Origin: Treponema sp.
Lineage (GTDB): Bacteria; Spirochaetota; Spirochaetia; Treponematales; Breznakiellaceae
Assembly (NCBI GenBank): GCA_031256655.1
Contig: JAIRQD010000028.1
Coordinates: forward strand, 1-51,645
Length of the DNA stretch: 51,645 nt
Direction of reading: 5' to 3'
Below are positions 1 through 9,192 of the stretch, in pieces. Under the pieces are notes generated by a model, which did no database searches, was not told the DNA's origin, and worked only from the letters and a program-made list of their open reading frames with translations. Both the position numbers and the translations under genes were made by a program. Position 1 is the first letter of the stretch; each line of letters opens with the position of its first letter.

Positions 1-76
1 GTCCCACTGCCCCGCCTGAAGGTCTTTTTTTGTGGAAAATTGACTATTACAGGGATTGATAATATGTGGAAAAGCA

Positions 77-119
77 GTGTAAAAAATGTGCAAAAATCGT
101 GCAAAAAAAGCAAAAAACC
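77..119. repeat. Four tandem phased A-tract units with an ~11 bp period
   Basis: Read directly: GTGTAAAAAAT / GTGCAAAAATC / GTGCAAAAAAA / GCAAAAAACC are head to tail, upstream of the LysM gene. Confidence 0.7.
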
Positions 120-317
120 TATATCTTTTTTTTTATTTATTTGCTATTCTAATAGAGTATTGGGAGAGGTGGACTTGTAGATGCTTTTGGATGTTTACAT
201 AAGGTTGCGGCCAATTACAAAATTTTCAACAATATGCGTGCATTTTTTGCGAAAGCTTTTATAATTGAACCATCAGGCGTAAACAAAACAGTCAAAACTG
301 CCGATAAGGTAAAGGGT

Positions 318-1223
318 ATGAGTGTCCGATCCGGAGTTTTGCGCGTTATATTTGGAGCCCTGGCGTTCGCCGTTTTTCCCTTTACACTCTATGGAGAAGA
401 GAGGATTCACGTCGTCCAACGGGGCGAAACTTTATTCTCTATTGCACGCTCGCAAGGGATGAGGGCGGAAGACCTGATGAGGCACAACGGGATAACTGAC
501 CCTTCGCGCCTTTTGGCAGGACAGCGCCTTAGAATCCCTTCAGACAGCGGTGGCTCAAACGTGCCTACTGCGGTGCCGCAAGCGGCTACGCAGGCAGTTG
601 CACAGCAGCAGGCGACTGCTGTTCGGACTCACCGCATAGTGAGGGGCGAAACTCTCTTTGGTCTTGCCAGGCGTTTTTCGGTAACGGTGGACGCACTTCG
701 CAGGTTTAACAACCTGGCGGAAGGTCATGTACTACGAGAGGGGGATCTTTTACGGCTTCCGCCTGAGGCTGTAATACCGGTGGAGGCAATTGCCGCACAG
801 GTTGTGCCGCAGATAATTCCGGCTAACCAGGTGAGGGCAGAAACGGCGCAAAGCGCGCGACTTGACACGCAGGTGATCTGGCCGATTGCCGCGCGGGAAG
901 TGCGCATGATGACCGGCAAGTTAAGCGGTGTGGTTATCACGGGGACACAAGCAGAACCTGTGAGAAGCCTTACACGGGGAACGGTTTTATCAGCCGGTCC
1001 TTACCGCGGATTTGGCATGGTCGTAATAATTCAAGTGGAAGGGGGATATTTGTACGTTTACGGCGGCAGTGAAAGTCTTTCAGTAAGAGAAGGCGATCTT
1101 GTTGGCCCGGGAACCGAGCTTGGCAGACTTGGTGTTGATGCTGCAACAAATGAGCCGAAATTATTTTTCATGGTTTACCGAGGCAACATTCCTGTCGATC
1201 CTGCCAGAGCCCCGCGGGGGTAA
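318..1223 (+). CDS. Secreted LysM-LysM protein with a degenerate M23 (LytM) domain
   Basis: ORF 234..1223. There are two LysM repeats (HVVQRGETLFSIARSQG...LRIP and HRIVRGETLFGLARRF...LRLP). The C-terminal M23-like fold is GFGMVVIIQVEGGYLYVYGG...KLFFMVY. I moved the start to the ATG at 318 because AAGGTAAAGGG lies upstream and a signal-like MSVRSGVLRVIFGALAFAVFPF follows. Confidence 0.75.
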   Translation: MSVRSGVLRVIFGALAFAVFPFTLYGEERIHVVQRGETLFSIARSQGMRAEDLMRHNGITDPSRLLAGQRLRIPSDSGGSNVPTAVPQAATQAVAQQQATAVRTHRIVRGETLFGLARRFSVTVDALRRFNNLAEGHVLREGDLLRLPPEAVIPVEAIAAQVVPQIIPANQVRAETAQSARLDTQVIWPIAAREVRMMTGKLSGVVITGTQAEPVRSLTRGTVLSAGPYRGFGMVVIIQVEGGYLYVYGGSESLSVREGDLVGPGTELGRLGVDAATNEPKLFFMVYRGNIPVDPARAPRG

Positions 1224-1229
1224 AACTGG

Positions 1230-1250
1230 CAAACAGGTAGTTTGTTTTTT
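1230..1250 (+). terminator. Weak candidate intrinsic terminator
   Basis: CAAAC-aggta-GTTTG (5 bp stem) is followed by TTTTTT, 7 nt after the stop codon. Confidence 0.3.
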
Positions 1251-1425
1251 AAAATGCAATTAAAAAATGTTAGTTTTTAGATTGCTGATTTTGAAAACAG
1301 ATTTTTAATTTAAAAAAATAAAAACCTTTTTTCGCCTCTGGCTTTTTGAAAAAAATATTAGTTTTTTTAAAGTGTCCGGCAACAGTTAAAGCTTTTTACT
1401 CAAAGATTTAAAAACGGGAGAATTC

Positions 1426-2475
1426 ATGTTTAGAACCACAGCTAACGCATTTACAAAAGAACAGCTTTTGCTTATCTCCGAGGGGGGGACTGAATTGGAT
1501 TTGCCATCAGGGAGAAGGCAGAAAAAACTTGCGCGGCAGGCAAAAAAAACAAAGGTAGTTAAAGAAACGGATCCATTGGCACTGTATTTTAAACAAATAT
1601 CCAGATTTCCTCTTCTTACCGTGCAGGAAGAACAGGCAATTGGAGAAAGCATTGTCCAATTTCGCCAAAAGCTAAAAAATCTTCAAACGCGGTACAACAA
1701 CAAGAGCGAAAAAGACGAACCGTACATGAAAAAACACAAAGAACTAACAGACTCGCTCATGCAGTACAAAAACCGCATGATAAACTCAAACTTGCGTCTT
1801 GTAGTTTCAATCGCAAAAAACTACCAGCACCGCGGGTTGTCGCTTCTTGACTTAATTGATGAAGGCAACATAGGGCTTATAGAAGCGGTGGAGCGTTTTG
1901 ATTATACGCGGGGCTGCAGGTTTTCAACATACGGCACGTGGTGGATACGTCAGGCGATTATTAAAAGCATCGCTGATAAAGGCAGGGTGATTCGCATACC
2001 AATTCATATGCTTAACACTATAAAAAAGTGCTATTTTGCGGCGAAACAATTGACACAGGATTTGGGAAGGGATCCGAGCAGCGAGGAGCTCTCTGATTTT
2101 CTGGATCTCCCCGTTTCCAAAGTAAACGAGATTGTCAAACTTTCCCAGGAAACAACAAGTCTTGACACAATCGTTGACGACGGAAATAATACGCGCCTTG
2201 CGGACTTAATCAAGGATGATACCCACAGAGAACCATTTGAAACGGTTTTTTCCATGAAGCTTCAGGAGACTTTAACAAGTATTCTTTCAAACCTGTCGGA
2301 GCGGGAAATGAAGATAATACAGCTCCGTTTCGGACTTACAGGTGAAAGCCCGCTTACGCTTGAAGAAACAGGCAGGCTTTTGGGAATTACGCGTGAGAGG
2401 GTAAGGCAGATTCAGGAAAAGGCTACGACAAAACTAAGAAATTACCAAGAGTTGCGTGAGTTGCGTCCCAACTAG
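1426..2475 (+). CDS. RNA polymerase sigma-70 family factor (RpoD/SigA-like, short group-2-like)
   Basis: Region 2 reads [57 protein letters not shown]. Region 4 reads [29 protein letters not shown] lies upstream of the ATG. Confidence 0.85.
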   Translation: MFRTTANAFTKEQLLLISEGGTELDLPSGRRQKKLARQAKKTKVVKETDPLALYFKQISRFPLLTVQEEQAIGESIVQFRQKLKNLQTRYNNKSEKDEPYMKKHKELTDSLMQYKNRMINSNLRLVVSIAKNYQHRGLSLLDLIDEGNIGLIEAVERFDYTRGCRFSTYGTWWIRQAIIKSIADKGRVIRIPIHMLNTIKKCYFAAKQLTQDLGRDPSSEELSDFLDLPVSKVNEIVKLSQETTSLDTIVDDGNNTRLADLIKDDTHREPFETVFSMKLQETLTSILSNLSEREMKIIQLRFGLTGESPLTLEETGRLLGITRERVRQIQEKATTKLRNYQELRELRPN

Positions 2476-2499
2476 TGCTTTTCATACGCGCAAACTTGT

Positions 2500-2545
2500 G
2501 GCAATTCTTTTTAAGCTCACCGCTTAAAAAGAATTGCCTTTTTTG
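2500..2545 (+). terminator. Intrinsic terminator between convergent genes
   Basis: A perfect 17 bp stem, GGCAATTCTTTTTAAGC-tcacc-GCTTAAAAAGAATTGCC, is followed by TTTTTTG. Confidence 0.8.
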
Positions 2546-2605
2546 TTTAATACTCCGCGCGTATTGGGCTTAAAGCATCACGGGGAAAATCTTTAGCCCA
2601 AGACA

Positions 2606-4555
2606 TCACCTGAAAAGGTTTATCAAAACTGAAGAAAACCAGGGAATGTAAGTGACCAAAAGAACCACGATCATACGCACGCCCAAAAACGGCAATACAT
2701 TGCGGCATATTTCCATAAACGGCTTTTTGAAACGGTAACTTGCCATAAAAAGGTTCATTCCCACAGGCGGGGTAAGAAAACCCGCTTCAAGGTTGACGAT
2801 AAAAATAATGCCCAAATGCACAGGATCAATTCCGTATATTAACGCCAGCGGAACAACCAGCGGCAAAACCACTAAAATAGCGGAAAATATGTCCATGAAA
2901 CTGCCAAGCAAAAGCAGGGCGATGTTTAAGAGCAAGAGGAACAGAATCGGCGACTGCACGGCGGTGTACATCCACGCGGCGAAATTGGCGGGCACTTGAG
3001 AATAAATGACTGAATAGGAAAGCGCCTGCGCCATGGCGAGAATGGAAATAATTCCGCCAATGATGGGAACTGCTTTGAACAGCACCTTCGGCACCTCGCG
3101 CAGTGGAATGTCGCGGTGGATAAACACCTGCACGATAAACACGTAAACCACCGACACAGCACTTATTTCCACCAGCGTAAGGATTCCTGAAAAATACCCG
3201 CCCACAAGCACAAGCGGAAGGAGTATCTCAAAAGCCGATCCCTTAATGGCGAGCGCCGTCTCTTTGGGTTTGAAAGGCTCAACAGGGACTTTCACTTTTT
3301 TCGATGCGACAATTCCGTAGATTATCATCGCCAACACCAAGATAACGCCCGGGATTATGGCTCCTAAGAAAAAGTCAATAACATCGTATTGGACAGGTTC
3401 GCCCATAAAAAAGAGAATGCTGTTGATGGTGGTTGCCACAAGAATTATCGGAAGGCTAGGCGGAAAAAGGATGCCGATTCCGCCGACAGATGTTAATAGC
3501 CCAAGTGAAAACTTTTCCGGGTAACCTTTCCCGCCTGAAACAGCGCTGCTTTTCTGTAAGATGATAAAAAGAATGCCGCCGAGTGCGAGAATGGTAACGC
3601 CTGAAGCGCCTGTGAAAGAGGTAAAAAAAGCGCAAATCACAACGGTGGCGATAATTGTGCCGCCGGGAAGCCAACTGAACAGGTTTTTAAACGCCGCGAC
3701 AAGGCGCTCACCCGCCTTGCTCTCTGAAAGAAAAAAGCCTGTCAACGTGAACAGCGGAATGGCGATTAGGTTAGAGTTAGTGAAGGCAGAGTAAATGTGA
3801 ATGGAAGCGGTTTCCGGTTCCCGTCCGCCTGCCTGAAGCATTACAAGGGCAATCGCGCCAATCGCCACAAAAATGGGAACGCCCGCAAAAGCTGCCGCGA
3901 TAAGGAGGAGGATAACCGGCGTGCCTATGAGGAACGCCGCATCGTAGAGGTCGTTTACCCATGAATAAAACGGATCAGGAACATCAAAGCCCCAGATAAA
4001 CTTGGCGATGGCGGGAAGCGCAAGAATACTCCCAAAAATTATCGCCAAAAGCGGCGCGGCTTTAAGCGCGTAATTTTTGCTGTTGCCGCCGGCACTAATG
4101 TCAATGCAGGCGTTCAGCGCAAAACGTATTGCCATTATTCCATAAGCCAGCGCCATAAGCAGGATAAAAAAACTTTCAGGGATTATACCCACCATTCTTG
4201 CTTCAGGAATTTGACCGAACAGCGTAAGGCAGTTCCAAAAAAGAATTGTCAAAACAATGCTTGAAATAAGACTAGCCGCTATTGAAAGGTTTTTTTTAAG
4301 ATGATCATTTTTTGAGTACTGGATAACGGAAACTGTGATGTGTTCCCTGCGCTGTGTGGTAATCATCGCGGCGAAAAGCCCCGCCACAAGGAAGAGGTGG
4401 ATAAGGTAGGAACCGGAATGTGCTATTGCGATGTTAAACGGGCGCAACGCCGCCACCGTCACAGGCAACAGCGCCATCAATATTAGAGCAGCATAACAAA
4501 CACCTTTTTCAAAATGCCCGCCGAAACGAATAACGGCGGGCAATATCTTACTCAT
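2606..4555 (-). CDS. TRAP transporter fused small/large permease (DctQ-DctM type)
   Basis: 649 aa polytopic membrane protein. It overlaps the upstream DctP-family gene by 8 nt. The length and hydrophobic pattern fit a fused DctQM. Confidence 0.75.
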   Translation of the reverse strand: MSKILPAVIRFGGHFEKGVCYAALILMALLPVTVAALRPFNIAIAHSGSYLIHLFLVAGLFAAMITTQRREHITVSVIQYSKNDHLKKNLSIAASLISSIVLTILFWNCLTLFGQIPEARMVGIIPESFFILLMALAYGIMAIRFALNACIDISAGGNSKNYALKAAPLLAIIFGSILALPAIAKFIWGFDVPDPFYSWVNDLYDAAFLIGTPVILLLIAAAFAGVPIFVAIGAIALVMLQAGGREPETASIHIYSAFTNSNLIAIPLFTLTGFFLSESKAGERLVAAFKNLFSWLPGGTIIATVVICAFFTSFTGASGVTILALGGILFIILQKSSAVSGGKGYPEKFSLGLLTSVGGIGILFPPSLPIILVATTINSILFFMGEPVQYDVIDFFLGAIIPGVILVLAMIIYGIVASKKVKVPVEPFKPKETALAIKGSAFEILLPLVLVGGYFSGILTLVEISAVSVVYVFIVQVFIHRDIPLREVPKVLFKAVPIIGGIISILAMAQALSYSVIYSQVPANFAAWMYTAVQSPILFLLLLNIALLLLGSFMDIFSAILVVLPLVVPLALIYGIDPVHLGIIFIVNLEAGFLTPPVGMNLFMASYRFKKPFMEICRNVLPFLGVRMIVVLLVTYIPWFSSVLINLFR

Positions 4556-5603
4556 AGAGCGCTATCACCCCTGACCTGTGCCGCGCCAGTATATCGTTTA
4601 TCCGCTCATAAAGCACACCGTCATAAGTGGTGGCAAGAAGCGCGGGCTTTACCCTGTAAATCTCGTTTAACCAGAGCTGCATTTGCGCCTGAGTTGGATT
4701 ATTCACAGTAAGCCCGTCCCTCACCATAGACGCTACAGCGGCATCCACTGTCCGCTGCATATCGCGGTCAAACTCCGCGGCAATTTGGCGTGTAACGCGC
4801 ACCAGCTCCTGCTGGAAACGCGGGTTAAGCGCGCCGATTCGCTGCCATGTCACCTGATTGATGACGATGCCGCCGAGAATGGGGGCAAGGTTCATGGAAA
4901 GCATATGCCGCATCTGGGAATGAAGCTGAAAGGCGGCAACTCCCGCCGGGTTTTGATACATCGCCGTGATCTGCCCTGTTGCCAAAAGCGCACCCGCATC
5001 ACTCCAGTCGGTGTCTATGACTTGAAAACCCATTGCCGAAAAAGTCGCGTTCATCTCCGCAGCCTCGATATTGGAACCTATGCGCAGGCGGCGCAAATCA
5101 TCGGGGGTAAAAACCGGATCGCGTGAGAAAAAGTTTACAAAACCTGACCTTGACCAGGCGACCATAAAATAGTTGCCTGCGTTTATCGTTGCCTCCAAAT
5201 CTGTCTGCACTTCCCTCATTACAACTTCCAGTTCTTCATCACTGCGAATAAGGAAGGGGGCACTCATCGTCATAACTGACGGGTTAATTTGGCTTAACCC
5301 AAAGGTTGTAAAAATGGCCGCCTGTATGGTGTTGCTGGCAAGGGAAACGTGCATTCTTCCTTCGCTGCCCTCCGTTCCGCCGTGAAGCACGTTCATCCTC
5401 ACCTGACCGCCTGTAACCCGCGACCACTCAGCCGCAACCCTGTCCAGCGTCCTTCCCCACGGCGATTCGCGCGGGAGCGGCGAGGCAAGCCTGACAACAA
5501 TGGTTTCTTGCGCAGCACGTCCGCGCTGGGCATAAAGCGATTGGACTCCGGCAGAAAACATCAGCACTGCCGCAAGGATTGCAGAAATAATAATTTTTTT
5601 CAT
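4548..5603 (-). CDS. TRAP transporter substrate-binding protein (DctP family)
   Basis: Has a signal peptide (MKKIIISAILAAVLMFSAGVQSLYA). DctP-like size and pattern. It sits between the TatT-like gene and the permease. Confidence 0.75.
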   Translation of the reverse strand: MKKIIISAILAAVLMFSAGVQSLYAQRGRAAQETIVVRLASPLPRESPWGRTLDRVAAEWSRVTGGQVRMNVLHGGTEGSEGRMHVSLASNTIQAAIFTTFGLSQINPSVMTMSAPFLIRSDEELEVVMREVQTDLEATINAGNYFMVAWSRSGFVNFFSRDPVFTPDDLRRLRIGSNIEAAEMNATFSAMGFQVIDTDWSDAGALLATGQITAMYQNPAGVAAFQLHSQMRHMLSMNLAPILGGIVINQVTWQRIGALNPRFQQELVRVTRQIAAEFDRDMQRTVDAAVASMVRDGLTVNNPTQAQMQLWLNEIYRVKPALLATTYDGVLYERINDILARHRSGVIALYE

Positions 5604-5633
5604 GTTCGACTCCTTATATTTTTCGAACTTCTT

Positions 5634-6584
5634 TTAGAAATCATCCTCCCAGCCGCCGAAGGGCAAAAAGGAAAAATACCTGTAGGCATGATCTAACAAG
5701 CTTCTGGCACGGCGCTGGGCCAAAACATTCAACAGCCTGATTGAAGGTTCCGCATCAACATCAATTGCCAAAGCCGTCTCCAGTTTATCCCTGAATGTGT
5801 AAAAATCCTGATCAGGCACGCTTATTGCCGTTGCATACGACACAAAAGGCCCTGCCGCGGAGCCGCCTGTCCTTTCAAGCGCCCGCTGAAAATGGGTTTC
5901 CGCAAGCGCCCTGTCCCCGCCCATGTGCGGCGGCAAAGATGCGTAAAAAAGTATGAAAAACTCATTTATTGCCCCGCTGTTGAAGTCCGGGTAAAGTTCA
6001 TAAGCCCTTGACATCATCGCGCTCCAGGCCGGAATTGAGGCGGCAAGGTCGAAGTCAAAAAGGTCTATGGAAAGGGCTGCGAACCCGCTTGCCGCTGTCC
6101 AGAACAAGAGGGGAACATCCGCCTGCCTCATCCGCGACAAAATCGCGTTAAGGCTTCCGTCATCCGCCCGCGCGCCAGAGAAGCCCGGAAAGCGCATTTC
6201 AATCGCGCTTGATAAAATGGAGTTCCCTCTAAGGTACAGCGCTTTGGCTCTGTCAAAAGCAGCCCTGCGTTCATGAAAATAGTCGATTGGGTCAAGCAGC
6301 ATCGCAGGCTGTTGCACAAAGGCGTTGGCGTACATTACAAAAAGCGAGCCGGTTGTAAGAAGCAAGCCTTGATGCGACGGGTTTTGAGCAAGCAGCGTTT
6401 CGTACATTTTTATTGCAAACGGAATTGCCGCGCCGACAAGTTCGGGATCCGGATCTGAAGTGAACACATCCGCGTTGCCTGTGCCGGTCAAGGCATTGGA
6501 AATGGCGTTGATCGCTATCGACCGGCAAGATGCCAAGAGGGGGATAAAAAAACACAAAAGGCATAAAAATAAAACCTTTTTCAT
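5634..6584 (-). CDS. tatT: TRAP-associated helical-repeat lipoprotein (TatT-like T component)
   Basis: Lipobox in FIPLLASC. All-helical, TPR-like sequence. First gene of the T-P-QM arrangement described for Treponema pallidum Tp0956-0958. Confidence 0.6.
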   Translation of the reverse strand: MKKVLFLCLLCFFIPLLASCRSIAINAISNALTGTGNADVFTSDPDPELVGAAIPFAIKMYETLLAQNPSHQGLLLTTGSLFVMYANAFVQQPAMLLDPIDYFHERRAAFDRAKALYLRGNSILSSAIEMRFPGFSGARADDGSLNAILSRMRQADVPLLFWTAASGFAALSIDLFDFDLAASIPAWSAMMSRAYELYPDFNSGAINEFFILFYASLPPHMGGDRALAETHFQRALERTGGSAAGPFVSYATAISVPDQDFYTFRDKLETALAIDVDAEPSIRLLNVLAQRRARSLLDHAYRYFSFLPFGGWEDDF

Positions 6585-6595
6585 ATTCTACCTAA

Positions 6596-6636
6596 ATAAT
6601 AAGCTGAATTTAAGCTTAATGTCAAACGGTTTTCAA
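6596..6636 (-). promoter_or_regulatory. Candidate sigma-70 promoter(s) for the TRAP operon
   Basis: Two overlapping candidates on the minus strand: TTGACA-18-TATTAT (its -10 ends 11 nt before the ATG) and TTGAAA-17-TTAAAT. Confidence 0.35.
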
Positions 6637-6692
6637 GCATTTAATTTTGACGGAAACTTGTAACCATTGTTGTGTTTACTGGCGTAACCCGC

Positions 6693-7745
6693 CTACGGGT
6701 AGCGGCGCTTAAACGACTTAACGCGCGCGCTGGCGGTAACCGTGAGCGGCGATCTGTGGCCTTGCAGAAGGTATTGATAACCAAGCCCCGCAATCATCGC
6801 CCCGTTGTCTCCGCAAAGCTCAAGCGGCGGGAAAACACAGCGGAGGTCTTTTCTCTCATCCACTTTTGCCCTTAGATAGGAGTTTGCCGCAACGCCGCCG
6901 CCTGCAACTATGTTTGAAATGCCTGAATCCTCGGCGGCGCGGAAAAGGCTTCTAAGGAGAATGTCCACAGCTGTTTTCTGAAAAGAAGCGGCAATATCTT
7001 CGCTTTTATCGCCGCCGGAAGGTTTCGCGCCGGCACGGAACAGGTCAAGCTGGTTTACCGCCGCCGTTTTCAGCCCCGAATATGAAACGTCATAGCGAAA
7101 ATCACCTTTGTGCAAGTTTGGCATGGGAAAACGGAAAGCATTCATGTTGCCGTTTTTTGCCATCCTGTCGATAACCGCTCCGCCGGGATAACCGAAACCG
7201 TAGTGCTTTGAAACTTTGTCAAAGGCTTCCCCGACAGCATCATCTATTGTCGTGCCCAAAATCGTTATGTCATCAAAATTATCCGCCCGGCAAATGATTG
7301 TGTGCCCGCCTGAAACCAAAAGCCCCAAAAACGGATACGCAGGGCACTCGCTTCCGGCATCCGGTTGGCTGCCGCTTTTTTCCAATCGCGGGGCGTACAA
7401 ATGCGCCAGCATATGATCAACGGCGATAAACGGAATGCCGCGCGCCCACGCAAAAGCTTTGGCGAAACTCAAACCCACAAGGAGCGAGCCCAAAAGCCCT
7501 GGATGGGCGGCGGCGGCAACAGCGTCAATATCGGCGGGCTTCAAAGCTGCCGCATCAAGCGCTTCTCCGACCACCCGGTGTATCCACTCAGTATGCATAC
7601 GTGAGGCGATTTCAGGCACAACACCCGAATACTTTGCGTGAAACGGGATTTGGGTGGCGACTACGTTTGAAAGAATGGTTTTTCCGTCAACGACAACGGC
7701 GGCAGCGCATTCATCGCAGGAAGTTTCGATTCCAAGCACTTTCAT
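6693..7745 (-). CDS. tsaD: tRNA N6-adenosine threonylcarbamoyltransferase
   Basis: N-terminus MKVLGIETSCDECAAAVV, and VSGGHT, typical of TsaD/Kae1. Confidence 0.9.
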   Translation of the reverse strand: MKVLGIETSCDECAAAVVVDGKTILSNVVATQIPFHAKYSGVVPEIASRMHTEWIHRVVGEALDAAALKPADIDAVAAAAHPGLLGSLLVGLSFAKAFAWARGIPFIAVDHMLAHLYAPRLEKSGSQPDAGSECPAYPFLGLLVSGGHTIICRADNFDDITILGTTIDDAVGEAFDKVSKHYGFGYPGGAVIDRMAKNGNMNAFRFPMPNLHKGDFRYDVSYSGLKTAAVNQLDLFRAGAKPSGGDKSEDIAASFQKTAVDILLRSLFRAAEDSGISNIVAGGGVAANSYLRAKVDERKDLRCVFPPLELCGDNGAMIAGLGYQYLLQGHRSPLTVTASARVKSFKRRYP

Positions 7746-7749
7746 GGTT

Positions 7750-8811
7750 TTACCGCATATCCTGCAACACGTCAGTCACTGACGAAAACGAAAAACCGCG
7801 CTGTATGAGGAGGGGGTACTTTTCTTTCAAAAGCTGGGCAAGTTCCTGTGTCCACGCATGACCTATGAGTATCGCAAAACCGTTTTGTTGTGCGCGCACA
7901 AGCCCCTTGTTAATAAAATATGTAATTGAATCCCTGTCAGGATAGTTATCAATAAAAATATCACGCTCCCCTATCGTAATTCCCAACTGCCTTGCTACAA
8001 AAGGAACTTGAGTTTCGGCGGTTGTTCTTGAATCAAGAAAAACTATCCCCCGATCTTCGCTTAATGAAAGAATCGTTTCCATAGCGTTTTTGTCCATGGT
8101 TATACGCGATCCTTCGTGGTTGTTCATCCCTGAAACCGGCCACAACTCATCCAGATTGCGGTTAATTATGCGCCTGATTTCATCGTTACCCATGCCCGCC
8201 ATGATTGCCCCGGGGCCGGGATCAGTGCCGCCTAAAGACTCCATAGGCTGGTGAAGGAAAACTTCCATTCCCGCCGCACGAGAGCGGCGCGCGGCTTCGG
8301 CTGAAAAGGGAAGCCCGGGAAGAACCGCGATTGTGAGGCGGCCGGGAAAATCGAGAAAGGGCTGGAGATCGCGCAAATTGTTTCCGGCGTCATCAATGAC
8401 AAACACAAGCGTTCCCTGACTTCCCGCTTCCGGCTGCCGGATAACCGGCAGAACGGGCGCAATGGGCGTTTGAGCGGCTGATGCGGTCGGCGGCGGCGCG
8501 GCGGGCGAGGTTGGCAACGCGAGCGTGGTTGCTGGCGGCGGTGTGGGCGCGGGCGGCGGTGCGGGAGGAAGTTGAGCGGCAACCGGCGCTTCGCCGCCGC
8601 CTCTTACGGCGAAAATGTACACCACAGCCAGTGAGGAAACGGAGGCAGCCAGCACCACAGCAGAGATTGTAAGCAGCGTGCGCATTTTGTCAGCGAAAGT
8701 CTGCCCCTTGCGGCGTTTCTTTCCCGCTTTTGACGCAGCGGCTTGCGGTGCTTTGGCGGAGACCTGTTTGCCGGCGTTTGGCACCGGCTTTTTAGTTGTT
8801 TGTCTGCTCAA
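7750..8811 (-). CDS. Divergent polysaccharide deacetylase family protein (YibQ-like) with an N-terminal TM and Pro-rich linker
   Basis: LVFVIDDAGNNLRDLQPFLDFPGRLTIAVLPGLPFS...FLHQPME matches the YibQ family pattern. A TM helix and a PPAPPPAPTPPP linker precede it. Confidence 0.65.
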   Translation of the reverse strand: MSRQTTKKPVPNAGKQVSAKAPQAAASKAGKKRRKGQTFADKMRTLLTISAVVLAASVSSLAVVYIFAVRGGGEAPVAAQLPPAPPPAPTPPPATTLALPTSPAAPPPTASAAQTPIAPVLPVIRQPEAGSQGTLVFVIDDAGNNLRDLQPFLDFPGRLTIAVLPGLPFSAEAARRSRAAGMEVFLHQPMESLGGTDPGPGAIMAGMGNDEIRRIINRNLDELWPVSGMNNHEGSRITMDKNAMETILSLSEDRGIVFLDSRTTAETQVPFVARQLGITIGERDIFIDNYPDRDSITYFINKGLVRAQQNGFAILIGHAWTQELAQLLKEKYPLLIQRGFSFSSVTDVLQDMR

Positions 8812-8829
8812 TTGCCTTCACTCACTATA

Positions 8830-8868
8830 AGGGAACTTCTAAAAGCCCAACCATGGTTTTTAGAGGTT
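8830..8868 (-). terminator. Long hairpin downstream of hpf (no U-tract)
   Basis: 13 bp arms GGAACTTCTAAAA / TTTTAGAGGTTCC with one mismatch and a 13 nt loop, 16 nt after the hpf stop. Confidence 0.3.
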
Positions 8869-8883
8869 CCATAAATCTTTGCT

Positions 8884-9174
8884 TTACCGTCTTTCTTTGA
8901 CCTTTTCTTTTTCTTTAATGATCCTCTGGTCAAGCTTATCGATAAGCTTATCAATAGCGGCGTTAAGCTCAAAATCTTCCTCTTTCTGGTGTATATTCAA
9001 CCCCCAGCGGAAGTTTACCCGCACTTCGGCGGAAAAAAGCTTTTCTTTGGTCAGAGTGAACAAAAGATCAACTATCATATTTTCGGCATTGCGTAAACGC
9101 GCGATCTTTTTCTCAAGATACTCTTTTGTTTCACCGGACAAAGAAAAATGCACAGACTTAATGTCAATATTCAT
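8884..9174 (-). CDS. hpf: Ribosome hibernation promoting factor (short HPF/RaiA)
   Basis: MNIDIKSVHFSLSGETKEYLEKKI is typical of the sigma-54 modulation protein family. It lies immediately downstream of rpoN. Confidence 0.85.
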   Translation of the reverse strand: MNIDIKSVHFSLSGETKEYLEKKIARLRNAENMIVDLLFTLTKEKLFSAEVRVNFRWGLNIHQKEEDFELNAAIDKLIDKLDQRIIKEKEKVKERR

Positions 9175-9192
9175 AGACCCTCCGTTATATAA

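Noticed and set aside
1-35. CCCCGCC...GGTCTTTTTTT at the window edge looks like the tail of a terminator
   Set aside because: The left arm would lie outside the window, so it cannot be evaluated.
5705-5721. TGGCAC hexamers (also at 1577 and 8779) as possible sigma-54 -24 elements
   Set aside because: None has a TTGC-like -12 element at the right spacing. All lie inside genes or on the wrong strand for a downstream gene.
8232-8582. Arg/Pro-rich 116-aa alternative frame
   Set aside because: It is the out-of-frame reading of the GC-rich Pro-linker region of the YibQ-like gene.
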